Counted from the first letter of the whole stretch, positions 1 through 11,663 are shown. The stretch: DNA of 54,787 bases, filler included, from Sluysia triapertura (GCA_046118255.1; 4 parts of 4 records of this genome joined end to end with filler, not necessarily neighbours in it), one strand, 5' to 3'. Translations and numbers: made by a program. The notes: generated from the sequence alone by a model not told the origin.

Positions 1-1578
1 CTTTAGTACTTATATTTTGGGTGCTCGTAGATTTCCTTTAAGTTTAAATTTAATACTTTAATTATTTTAAATGTTATTCTGATAAATATTCAAATGCTAA
101 ATGTTAATGTATTGTAAATTATAAAATGTCAGTTATTTAAATACCAAATGCCTTTAACTGGGGCAGTAGTCAGATACTAAATAACAAATAACTTTAGCGA
201 ATAACTTCAATAAATAATTGAAATCGAATACCAAATACCAAATATCGTCGATTAATAACTTGAATACCAAGTAACCTCAATAACCTGGACAACAATCGAA
301 TACCAAACACCTTCCATCAATAACTAGCTAACTTGAATAATTGAAAAGAACGCTTCAATTTATATTCGATTTTTTCCATAAATAACGACATTTTTAATTT
401 TTTTAATACAGTAATATATAGTAAAATTACTATTTTGATATTATTTCATTTACATTCTAGTTTGTTATTATTTTATTGTTTACTATTATGTTATTACTTT
501 TTGTTTTAATTTTTAATTTACATTATAACTTTGATAGTAATTTTACTATTTTTATTACTATTTTTAATGGTGTTAAATTTTAAATAATTAAACAGATAAA
601 CTTTACTATTAATAAATAATCTTTATTACATTATTATTATTATTAATACTAACAAAACATTTCAAGTTCACAATTCTTCAACATTAAAATCATTAATAAC
701 ATCGAAAATCATCAAATTTACATTTCAGAACAAATTTAATTCAAAACATCATTATAATCAAAATGGAATTTCTTTTAACATTTCCCATTTTACTAATTTC
801 TTTTTATAATTTTTATTATTTCTGTAACATTCTCAATAGTTTTACTATTTCATAAAAGAATTAACATGTTAAAAATAACTAAGTTTATGTTAAAATAAAA
901 GAAGTATTAAAAGATTTTTATTTTCAAAGAAAGTGTTAAGAAAAAGAAACAGAAATATGTACATTTATGTACTTTACTATTAGATTTTTATTTATTATTA
1001 TTATTATTATTCTCATTCTATTTTATTATTAATTTAATTATTCCTATTATTATTGTGTTATTTTTTTATTATTAGTACTATTATTATCATTAATTATTTA
1101 ATTGTATCACCACATTATTTTCATTGCCATCATCAATTATCATTTTGTCATTTTGTGTTTACTTACTTCATTGTTGCAACTGTCAATTTGGTCAGTATTT
1201 TGATTGTTTTTAAAATCTGATTTTAATTAATTTTGAATCAAATTTGCTGCTACTAGTGATTGTTATTGTATTGGCCATCCAATAACAATCACATAACGTC
1301 ACAATGTGTTCAGCGTTATATTGTAGTAACAAACATTTCTACTGGCCATCCAATAACAATCATATAATGTCAGTATATTTTGTGGGTACACAAGTGATTG
1401 GCTCAACGAATAGGTCAAAATAAAAGTTAAAAATACACTATAAAAAAGGAAAAATTTTGATAAACATGCATAAATCATTTTTAAAGTAATGTTAAAAAAA
1501 GTTGTAAAGTTTTCGATAATTATTTAAAAAGCATTTTATTGTATATTCTTTAATTAATGAAAATTGTTAGTTTTCCAG

Positions 1579-2136
1579 ATTTAACCAAATATTTAGATTT
1601 TGACATGTTAACTAAAATCATACCAAACGATTATGATAAAACTAAGTTCAGTAATTTATTAAATAATCAGAGTAACAAAAAGATAACCCGTTTCGCGAAT
1701 GTTCATCTGTCAAAGGTCCATTTAATAAATTTGTGTCAAAAACATTTAAATATGAAATCAATCATAATGACTCTGAACTGTTTACAAACCTTATAAATAT
1801 AACGATGCTCCAAATGTAATTAATTCGAATCTCAATGCATTAATTGATTCAAATATTCAAACGGCAATTGATCATAAGTCATATTGTCCAATTAATATGG
1901 AAACTAATGAAGGAAAAAGACAAGTAAATGACAAATTAAATTTTCTTAAACGTGCAATTTGTCCGTACCAATCCACATCGTCATGTAAATGTGTCATGTA
2001 TGCAGAACTTTGTCCGTATGCACATGGAATGAACGAGCTGGTACCAATCTCTGGAATGTTTAAAGAAAAATCATCTTGACTGTCGTATTGTCTTATCAGA
2101 GACTATAATAAAGTAAATTTTGTTTGTTTTAAACAT
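1579..2136 (+). pseudogene. Decayed tandem CCCH zinc-finger (TIS11/ZFP36-type) gene
   Basis: ORF 1897-2079 encodes LKRAICPYQSTSSCKCVMYAELCPYAHGMNEL, with the C-x3-H-G-x2-EL ending typical of TIS11-type fingers. That frame is open back to 1801. A broken second finger follows (FKEKSS*LSYC...; removing one T from the run near 2127-2130 gives KFCLFKH). Possible acceptor ttttccag ending 1578. Confidence 0.6.
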
Positions 2137-3038
2137 TTTTTTAAACATTTTATAACTTTTGTATTTAGAATGGCTACGTAGTTTATATAGTTATAAATAT
2201 GCAAATAAAAATAGAAATTAACTATGATAATTTACAATAGTAGTTTTAAAATTTAGTAAAATAACTTAAGTAAAGCAGGCAAATGTTTAAAGTAATTTAT
2301 TTTGTTAATTTATTTATTGCCATTTTTCTTCTAATGCCATAAAATAAAAAAGACGAACAATAACAATAAATCGAGATGTGACTGTTATATAAAACAATTA
2401 CCGTTTTTATTTAATCATAATCAGAGTTGAGATTGTTTAGATAATACATTCGGATTCATTTTTAGTTTTCGAGAGAGCCCAGAAATTTATTTTGTAATTT
2501 CATTGAGAGGATCGCTTTATCTATCTACATGAAAATATATTTTACTAATGAATTATTAGTATTTTAATAAAGCTGTATTTGACAAATATAATGTGGATGG
2601 TGAAGCACGTTAAACTTTACTACTACTACTACTATTACTACTACTACTACTATGCTATTGTTTACTTAATCTAAAAATTAGTTACTTTCTGTCAGATTTT
2701 GATGAAAAATATATCTTAACCGTCTAAAGGCCCATGCAACTTTCAGGTTACTTTTACCGAATAGTTTTAGTTATTTCACAAGATGTAATGCCTCTGAAAT
2801 GACCAATAAAAATGTTGATAAAGGTTGACGGTACCATCGACTTGAAATGTCAAAATCTAAAAAAATAATACGTCTATAAGAGGGTTAACATGCTTTTGTA
2901 GATAAGAATTATCACATCTAAAAATATAGGTTAATGTGTTGCTTATATACTTTAAAAATATGTTAACTTATTAGTAGAAAGGTACGTAGTTTCTTGGAAA
3001 AAATATTCTAATATATTAATTGCTGCATTATTATTTAG

Positions 3039-3453
3039 GCTGATTTAGTATATCAAGAACGTGTTTGTGATGACGAAATGATAATGATCAAAGAACCAAA
3101 AGTACGTAGTTCAGCTACTATTTTATTACGTGGTGCTAATGATTACTATGTAGACGAAATGGAAAGATCAATACACGATGCTTTGTGTGTAATTAAACGT
3201 GTTCTAGAAAGTAAAACTGTGGTACCTGGAGGTGGCACTTGTGAAACTGCTTTATCGGTGTTTTTGGAAAATTATTCAATAAATTTAGGTACAAAAGAAC
3301 AAATAGCAATAGCTGAATTTGCACGATCGTTATTGATAATTCCTAAACAACTGGCCGTAAATGCTTCGTTTGATTCAACAGACTTAGTGGCTAAATTAAG
3401 AGCTTTGCATCATAAAAGTCAATTGAAAGATGATGGAGATAATAATTTAAAAT
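3039..3453 (+). CDS. TCP1: T-complex protein 1 subunit alpha (CCT1), one internal exon near the C-terminus
   Basis: Acceptor ttatttag|GCT at 3038/3039, in frame with ORF 3078. Translation ADLVYQERVCDDEMIMIKEPKVRSSATILLRGANDYYVDEMERSIHDALCVIKRVLESKTVVPGGG...DSTDLVAKLRALH...NLK closely matches the CCT-alpha C-terminal third. Homology ends at a possible donor T|gtaact at 3453/3454, where WIGLDL is expected. The rest of ORF 3078-3824 is intron read-through. Confidence 0.9.
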
Positions 3454-4528
3454 GTAACTCAGATGATATTTGGAATGATTTTCCTGAAGTTCAACAAATG
3501 AATCCAATTTTACCTAACAAATTATTACACTGTTGGTTTATTAATTTGATATTGTTATTATATTTTTTACTTTGTAAATTAATACATGTTGCATTTTATT
3601 GTGTGTTCAAAATGTTTTTATTGTTAGTTAATTCGGGCCTTAAGCCCTTTTTGATGAATTTTAAAGTTGAATTAATTAGTAGTTATAGTTTAATAATTTT
3701 TAATTTTTTAAAACAAGAAAAATATAAAATTGTAAAAAGTTTAAAGACGATAAAGTCTTTAAAGACGCCCACAACACTTTATAAACTGTTTTCCATTTTT
3801 TATTTACTATGTATATTTAATTAAATATTTATATAATTTTTATTTTAATTACTTTGTATAATTATAAATTTTAACAAATTAAACTTTTAAAAAATAAATG
3901 ATAGAAAATAAAACTGCAATACAGGAAATACAGGTAAAAGCTAATATCAATAATCTGGTATGTCAATATGACAAGGATCAAACCTTCCAATTTCTGGCTA
4001 GGGTAATAATAATACAATAGAACCTAACAAGATAAAATACAACATCATTTTTAAATTTTGATTAGGTACACATATCTATGTTTCAACGCGGTACATTTTT
4101 CTTTTCTCCCTTATCCAATTAATTTTACCCATAATCCCTATTCATTCATTTATTCTTCCACTTTATTCCTTTCCTCTATCAATAATAATGTAGCTTCGAA
4201 CAAGTCCGGTTACTTACAACAGCAACATACCAGTTTCAGTAACAGTACGCAATATAATTACTATTATTTACTATTTTATCTCACAGATATATTTCTACTT
4301 TTACACTTTGTATAACTTCATACTTTATATTTTTTAGTATATTTTATTTATTTAGTAAATTCATGGAGTACGGAGCAGATGGTAATGGCAGAAAATGAAA
4401 TGCAAGTAAAATTTGAATTTTAATGTGGAATTAAATTATTTTTAATAAATGAGAAGTTATGTTGGCAATTAGGGGGGTTATGCTAAGGTTTTTCCTAACT
4501 TATTCTTATGAATAAAAGAATGTTTATA

Positions 4529-4580
4529 GTGAGTCCACCAACGTATCTAGTCTTACCTACTAGGGCTATCCGTTGGATTT
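4529..4580 (+). repeat. Conserved ~52-nt structured motif, copy A
   Basis: GTGAGTCCACCAACGTATCTAGTCTTACCTACTAGGGCTATCCGTTGGATTT; homologous to 4958-5007 (+) and 37678-37730 (-); CCAACG/CGTTGG stem. Confidence 0.85.
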
Positions 4581-4957
4581 CTTATAAGGATAATTTATAA
4601 CTACTGGAGGTTTAATTTCGCTTGTTTGCTTAAGATTTTAGATTTATATACAATTACTATATTTTATTGCAGTTCTTTTATTAAATAGAACAAAAATTCT
4701 TAATTTTTTAATTTCTAATTTTCCCAGGTTTCTAATTAAATAGAACCGTATCAATCTAAAATTTAAAACTTTTTAGAGCAATCAAAAATGCCGTTTTAAC
4801 TTAACGAAATGTTTATTAAATAAATGTTAGTTAGATACAATCAATAATAAAAATACAATAATAAATACAAAATGATTACAAAATTTATAAGATTTTCTAT
4901 CGGTGAAAATCTATGATAATATAATTGTGAAGTGAGAATAAAGCAAATGAAGATATC

Positions 4958-5007
4958 GTGAGTTCACCAACGTATTGGACTTACCAGCGAGGCCAGTCGT
5001 TGGATTT
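4958..5007 (+). repeat. Conserved ~52-nt structured motif, copy B
   Basis: GTGAGTTCACCAACGTATTGGACTTACCAGCGAGGCCAGTCGTTGGATTT. Confidence 0.85.
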
Positions 5008-6344
5008 TTACGTAAAGAAAAAGTGTTTTAATAAAGTCTCAGAACTTCTTAACTAAAAACCTGGAGGTAACTTAATATTATTTTAATCTATCCTATTAAC
5101 TTAAAAATGATTTTGCATGAATCCTGTTATAAGGATTCTTTATCTTTTAATTAAGAATTATTTTATCTTTTCAATTATATTACAACGCAACGCTTTTCTT
5201 TCGGGAAAGTTTATTATACAACAAAATATAATAATAAAATAATAATAATACAAATTTTTCACAAATTACTAATGTAAATCAAATATCAATAGAATTTTAA
5301 AAGAGATTTTTCAATGATCTATGATAAGATCATAAACATTAAAATGGATTAATTAATTTACCTATATATTACAATGATAATAAATAATATCAACCTTAAT
5401 AAAAATAATCTAACATGTACTGTTGATAGATAAAAAATCGTTTTTTCCAGAGAATTGATCAAAATTTATGTGAGCTAAATCTTCTTGAATTTTATCGTCG
5501 GGTATTACCAAAATTGATTTTCCAAGTGCTTATATTAATAATTTAAAATTTTATTGTTGTGTGATTTTGTAAAAATTATTGTCTTTATATACTTTTTTAT
5601 CTCTCAACCTTGACATATTCAATAAACAAAAAATTAAAATTAAAAATAAAGTTTAAAATTAAGAATTACTTTAAAATAATAATTAAAATATGACTTACTA
5701 TAAATTTCCAAAATAAATATCCGAAAATAAAAATTGTTAAATAAACAACAAAATTAAAATTTTTAAAAATTAATCAATAACTAAATACAAATAAATAATA
5801 CGTATAAATAACTATAAATAAGAATGTCAGATGAATATGCATAAATAAGAATGTTTGTATAAATAAGAATGTCAGATATTCATAATATTAATTTCACAAA
5901 ACTAGCGAATAAACTCAAGGTTTAATTAATGTATGCAAGTTCAAATGATAAATAATTGAACAAAATCCAACAAGGACAGATCATAAGCAATCCAAAAAAC
6001 AAATTGACGTCTGGAGCTTTAAATATTTTTAAAATAAAGTTTTTTGTGTAAATTTTTGTAAAATTTCTGATTTATATAGTTTTTTAGATGTCCTTGAAAA
6101 TGATTTGAATAAAGATTGAAGTTTTTTTAAAGAATTAATTTTAAGACGTAAAATTATTTTTATTTTAATTTAATTATTTTAATTTCTATAATTTACAATA
6201 ATAAATTAATAATAATAATACCATTAATCAATAATTTAATATATACAATTTATTTTTAGAATAATTGATTTAATAATTTATTATGTACAATAATTTTTTT
6301 AGAATTAATTTATACACACGTTTATTTTTAGATGTATTGCTTTA

Positions 6345-7330
6345 TTATGTACAATAATTTATTTTTCGAATTAATTTATACACTTTTATATTTACAGAGT
6401 AATGCAATAAAAATGACGAAATTACTACATATAGTAAGAGAATCGTAACCACTAATAGCATCATAATTTGAAGAAAGCTAGAACTTATTACAATAATTAA
6501 ATTCAGACAACGATTAAAGTAACTTTGATTAAGAATACATAAGTTCATGAATTACACAAATACTATAGGTACGTCTTTCATAAAAATATAAAACATATAC
6601 TGTAGGTGGACCCATTTCAGTAAATTAAAATTTTGATTTAAGTACGAGTAAGAAAAAATATCAAATATTTAAAATAATAGTGATTAAGATAACTTGTTCC
6701 CCTACTTTATTAATGTGGCGTTCGATTTGAAATAATATCTAGCCGCAATTTTCATTCATTTTATGATAATCTAACTCATAACAAATCTATTAGTTCAATA
6801 ACAAATACATATTCATAAAATTCGACTTTAGTCATCATCATATTACGAGTTCTCACAAAACGAAATTGTCAATAGTAATTTCTCGTCTGATCCTCAATCG
6901 ATAATAAATCCAATTTTTCATTAAAATTCTACGAATGACTACCACATTGTATACAAGAAACATGAATCTAATCATCATTCGTACTATCATTTTAAATAAT
7001 CATTAACTTCTGATTAATTTTATAAACAAATTTAAATTCTCGTTCTACAAATTCCAAATTGTTCGAAATAGTAACATCAACTTTAATATATCCGTCTCTT
7101 TCAACAACCATAATTCCAGAGTGTTTAACATTGTTTTATAAGTACTATTTCGCTTGGTCCATAGACCCTTTACTGTACACCTTTGATAAACATTTATCCT
7201 GAATAATAATAACTAATTATTCACTAACAGAAAATCAAGTAGAAAAGCATGCGTTCAGTTACAAGACTTTGACTGCAGGCGAGCTCATAAATTCTATCAT
7301 TATTGATTGTAGGTTTAAGATTAAAAAAGC
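6345..7330 (-). pseudogene. Unidentified decayed coding-like sequence (possibly 3' part of the upstream KDM1B-like locus)
   Basis: Minus-strand frames read as protein-like between scattered stops (LKPTINNDRIYELACSQSLVTERMLFYLIF; HSGIMVVERDGYIKVDVTISNNLEFVEREFKFVY; HVSCIQCGSH), with a short gttagt...ttcag intron-like segment near 7199-7228. No family recognised. Confidence 0.25.
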
Positions 7331-8156
7331 ATCACATAAATCAACATTGAAAGTAATTATTTTAGTGCCATAATTTTAGTTGTCATTAAGATTTTTGAGT
7401 ATCGTATTATTCGTGTTTGTACCGATTTAAAATTGCTCACTATATAATTCAATGTTGATAATAATCTTTCCCCAATAATTATAATATTCAATATTTAAAT
7501 ATTATTACAGTTATTCTATTAGAAAAGTCGATTAAATTCTTCTTAATAAGTTTATCAACTGATAAACTTTATTGATTTAAACTGATAACTTTATTTATAT
7601 TTCTTTAATCGTTTGCTATTATTATAAATGTTAACTTTATATTTATCAATTACATGAAAGCTTATTTTCTACGATTTTTTGCTGATTTAATTTTAAAATC
7701 TCAATTTTTACTCTAATTGAGTAATTGAACCAAATTAATCTAAATTAAGTTTTCTTTATAACTTTAGCTTAAATGCGCTACTTATACTTATTTTTCTTAA
7801 TATCTCCTTTACAACTTTTACTTGTAAATTATGATTTCAGTATTCATCTCTCTTTTTAAAATGCAAGTGTTAAGCAAATTTTTGTAAATTAGACCCTACT
7901 TCTCAGTCCCTTGTTTATTAACAAGTTTAGCTACAAGTACAATCACAAAAGGAACAAAATTTTATTTAATTCGAAGATTTTACTAAGATAGAATAACCAA
8001 TAAAAAACGAAGTTTTATTTATTTCAAAACTTTTTTACTAAAATGAGTTAATAAATAATATAATCAAATATTCAAATTTGTTTAGTTTTATGCACAAAGA
8101 TATGTAAAATATAAAAATTTTATACTATAATTCTGAATGAATAATAAATTACTTAC

Positions 8157-9956
8157 GTGCACAAAGTTATTCATATGAAAGTTGTTGAATGTTTTATAAT
8201 CTCTTGATCCAATGTTATATATGCTGCAGAATTTCAGCAACCAATTTGATCCTATAACGTCTATCGTCTTAGTGCTAGTCTTCGTTCAGTCAGTACTGTT
8301 GTGGATGTTATTGTTATGTATGTTATATAATAATGTTTTACGAATAAATTTTGAAGTAAACAAATGATTTGAACATGTAACTCTGTAACTTTGGTTCTCT
8401 TTGAGGGCTTATAAATATTGTTATGAAATTCTAGAATTAATTTTTTTATATATTGTATGTGTTTCGTTGATGAATTTAAGAAGTTAAATGTTTCAGGGTT
8501 TGGTACTTGTTTATTATGAACAACAATGGTTAAAGGTCGAATTGAATATAGGATAATATACATTCTTACAATTTTTATTAAGTGTGTTGATCTTTTGTTT
8601 TTTAGGATTTTAAATTTTTTTTTAATTATTTCTTTCGTGTAGTATAAATTTGATGGTTCCTTAAAGTTACATATATGGTTTCGAAGGGATATTAATATCT
8701 TAATTTCAAAGTAAAAGGTTATAATTGAACAACAATTATAATAAAATTTTATTTCACAAATAAAATGTTTGACTATGATTTTTAATCTAAGAATTGATTT
8801 GATGATGAGTTTTGATTTCAAATTCCTAACATCTGTTATCCATCTTTCTTTTTGTTGCATTTTTCGGATCCTATCGAACTGTTTGGTATCTAAATTATGA
8901 TCACATAAAAATAAAAACATAAAACTAACAAAATCGAATATAGTACATATTACGTTAACAAGATTGATCATTATACGTGCAATTCTACTTAATAATCTTA
9001 AGTCTGTAAAGTCACTTGGCTCATCGGAAACAATCAGAAATGAAATTTTCCATATTATTGTGAGTTGATAAACATAATTTGTAGGTCGTATTACCTTCTT
9101 CGTATTATTAAACCAGAATCTAGTACTAAAATGACATTTTTATAAAACAGAAGAATATCTTCTATAATTGTTTCAACTAAATTATTATGTTCTGTTACGA
9201 GAAAAAAATTCATGAATATACTGTCGACAGTAATGTATCTTGTTTCACCGCTATACATAACCACAAGGTCGATTGCTCCTGCAATAACGTTAATGTCAGA
9301 CATCCGTTTGAGAGAATGAAAATTTAGTAGGAATCCTTCATAAATTACAGATAACGAAAAACTTGCTGTAGTTTCAATTAGATTGATTCCACTAATGTTT
9401 AAGGCTGAATCGTTATAACATCTTAAATTAATTGAAGATTGCAAACGCAATCTAAAAACTAAAGAAAACAAAAGTATTTTTAGATTTAATTTTATATATT
9501 GAATGTTTTTATCTAGAACTATTTTACAAGGACTTTTGATATGTTTTATCACAAGATTAAATGAGACATTATCTACTTCTGTAGTCATTAATTTTATAGC
9601 TAGAATAACTTTTCTCCATTTATTACATTGACAACATCGATACCAAACAAACAACGATTTATTGTAAATGAAATCATTAACCGACCTGTTATGATGTGAC
9701 TTCGCAATCCATTCCTTTTTCGACATTGTATGTCATAAATCAAAGATGGTGTTATTATTTTCATACAATTGTTACAAATATGTTTACCATTTAAAAATTG
9801 ATACCATTTTAGATTAGAATCAGAACATTCTTTGGTAGAATGTAACAAACACATTGGAGAGCTTGAAAAACATCTGTTTTCATTGCATTGGTTAACTAAT
9901 TTCTTTTTCATAAATTCTATACTTTTGAAATTGAATTCTCGAAGTAGATAATCCAT
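8157..9956 (-). pseudogene. KDM1B: Divergent KDM1B/LSD2-like gene (C4H2C2 zinc finger, zf-CW, SWIRM-like region, degenerate amine-oxidase start), frameshifted
   Basis: ORFs 9600-10019, 9091-9726 and 8261-8971 join through 1-nt shifts near 9727 and 9106. CNENRCFSSSPMC...EC...KWYQFLNGKHICNNC aligns to LSD2 CEKAGCTATCPVC...RC...RWYHLSCGEHFCNEC. KKEW...FVWYRCCQCNKWRKV...SPCKIVLD aligns to KKIW...PYWVQCTKPECRKWRQL...DHCSLPED. IEDILLFY...GLINT aligns to the SWIRM end VERILYFMTRKGLINT. Donor gtaagt at 8156. Confidence 0.75.
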
Positions 9957-10098
9957 ATAAACGCTTTTGATAATTTTACAAATAGAATGTCTGATAAAAA
10001 ATTTTGTCTGTCTAGCCAAGAAATTTTGTGAGACTAATTTTTATTGTCTATTTTTTAATCGTGTTATGAGTTAATTTTTCTTTCTTGCTATTTTTAAT

Positions 10099-10154
10099 CC
10101 ACCCAATCAGATTACTAGTAAGTGAGATAAAAAGTGATCAGTCTGATTGGGTGG
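10099..10154. promoter_or_regulatory. Perfect 13-bp inverted repeat with two opposed CCAAT (NF-Y) boxes upstream of the KDM1B-like gene
   Basis: CCACCCAATCAGA (10099-10111) and TCTGATTGGGTGG (10142-10154), 30-bp spacer, about 140 bp upstream of the first in-frame ATG (9956). Confidence 0.5.
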
Positions 10155-11394
10155 TGTATGTTGATCAATGACATACCCCGCAATCATGCATATACTGACA
10201 ACTGACCATCATCAGGGCTGACAGCCTAATGCAAATGTAACATTGACTGTCAACACTGATGATGGCAGCAACAGTTTAACCGTCAAAATTATAGTTTATT
10301 TTTAATTCATGTTATTGAATAGCAATAATGATGATGATAATAATAATAACAATATGAATAATGATAAGAACGGTAATACTAATAACGACAAAAATATCGT
10401 TATTATTATTATTAATGAATGTAAAAGCATAAAATACATAAATATCTTTTGTACAAAATTCCACACGATCTTTTTCTTTTGTAATCTTAACTTGTTCTAA
10501 ATATGAATGAGATAAAATGGAACAAAATGATGTCATATTGTGAAGGAACAAGAGTAACTAAGTATATGAGATATCATTTGTGGTTGTTGCTTCGCAGTAT
10601 GATAATGAAGTCTTTAAAGTTATCTTAAATTTTTTTTGAAAGATGTGATGGTTTAGGTTGTAAGTGAAATGAAGAGTGTTAGAATAATTTATTAAAACTT
10701 ATTGATGGTTTATAATTTGAAAACAAGATTTATGCATTAGATTGTGCGACTTGTAACATGACATTGGTGCAACTAATCTACAATCAAAATTTATTTTAGC
10801 TCATCATTTTTTATTAGCAAAAATTGTTGAATAAATTTCGTATTATCGATTATAGAAATGTGATCGACAGCAATGAAAATGTAAATTTAATATGCGGCAG
10901 TAACACAATTTGTGTAAAGTTCGATAGAGTACTAAGGACAAAGATACAAAAAAAGATAAAGTTTTTAATTAAAACCTTATCAGAGCATTTAATTTTTATA
11001 ACAATACTTTGAGAATGATTTTAGCATTAGTAAATGGGGATCAAATTCAGTTAAAAGTTGAGCTTACAATTTTATAAAAAATCTTTCCAAACATCACGAA
11101 TAATGAATTAAAAAACTTTGTTGTTATTTATTCTTTTTGTTCTGAGTTCCTTGTCTAGTAATCGATAATGTTTTTGTTAACTGATAAAAATGCATAATCA
11201 ATAAGCTGTATGATTCAGATGCAGCTACATATATTGGCCAGGAGCCAATCAAAATCAACTAGATTTCAAGAACAATCTAGCACATTTTTTTCCTTTTTAG
11301 CAAATGTTATTTTCTGTTTTCGAAAATTAATTTCTTTTTAATTTTTTTAATAGGTTGAAGGGTGGTGATATCATTATATTTATAATCTTTTATC

Positions 11395-11600
11395 AGAGAA
11401 TTTAATATGTTTGTAATTGAATTCGTCCAAATATTTTCTGCTATTGCCAACACAACATATATGGCCTTCGTGTGCGAAGTCATATTTCAAAATTAATAAT
11501 ATTTAATATGAAACATGTGTTATCATTATTTTGAACATTAACAACACTCTCAGCATGTATGAACCTATCTTGTATCTTAATGCATGATGAAGAGCTGTGG
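11395..11600 (-). mobile_element. Polinton/Maverick (adintovirus-like) DNA polymerase B N-terminal fragment
   Basis: SSSCIKIQDRFIHAESVVNVQNNDNTCFILNI...VGNSRKYLDEFNYKHIKF resembles the remembered Polinton motif GSSYIxLPxxIxxKKAVINVxNxDNxCFxW...VSxYxxYxxELNFxGIxFP. Frameshifted. Confidence 0.55.
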
Positions 11601-11663
11601 GAAATATTTTATTGTTTAAATTAAAAATTTTATTTTTTTTCTTTTTTTTAAGAAAGTTTAAAA

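Larger units (their letters stand above)
4362..5223 (+). mobile_element. BEL/Pao-like LTR retrotransposon remnant: pol C-terminus, PPT and LTR-like sequence(s)
   Basis: Broken frame GADGNGR...VKF...EKLCW resembles the BEL/Pao end motif PGxDGxVR..V...RPIxKLCxL. It is followed by the purine tract aggggggtta (4471-4480) and TG at 4481. A second LTR-like segment TGT(4810)...ACA(5223) shares the conserved motif at 4529/4958. No TSD found. Confidence 0.5.

Noticed and set aside
3454-3824. Hydrophobic C-terminal extension of the TCP1 ORF, including KIVKSLKTIKSLKT resembling CCT1 IVKVKSLKF
   Set aside because: Read-through into AT-rich intron or flank. The KSLK echo comes from a short tttaaagacg duplication and lacks the flanking EP and ATEAA residues.
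4529-4580. Spliced-leader RNA, U1 snRNA or hammerhead identity for the conserved motif
   Set aside because: No recognisable leader exon, no U1 stem-loops beyond ACTTAC, and no CTGANGA/GAAA hammerhead core; the context is LTR-like.
6345-7330. Stop-codon reassignment (TAA/TAG as sense) to explain in-frame stops in coding-like stretches
   Set aside because: The conserved exons (TCP1, kinase, GLUT, Vang) contain no in-frame TAA/TAG and GLUT terminates at TAG; ordinary pseudogene decay suffices.
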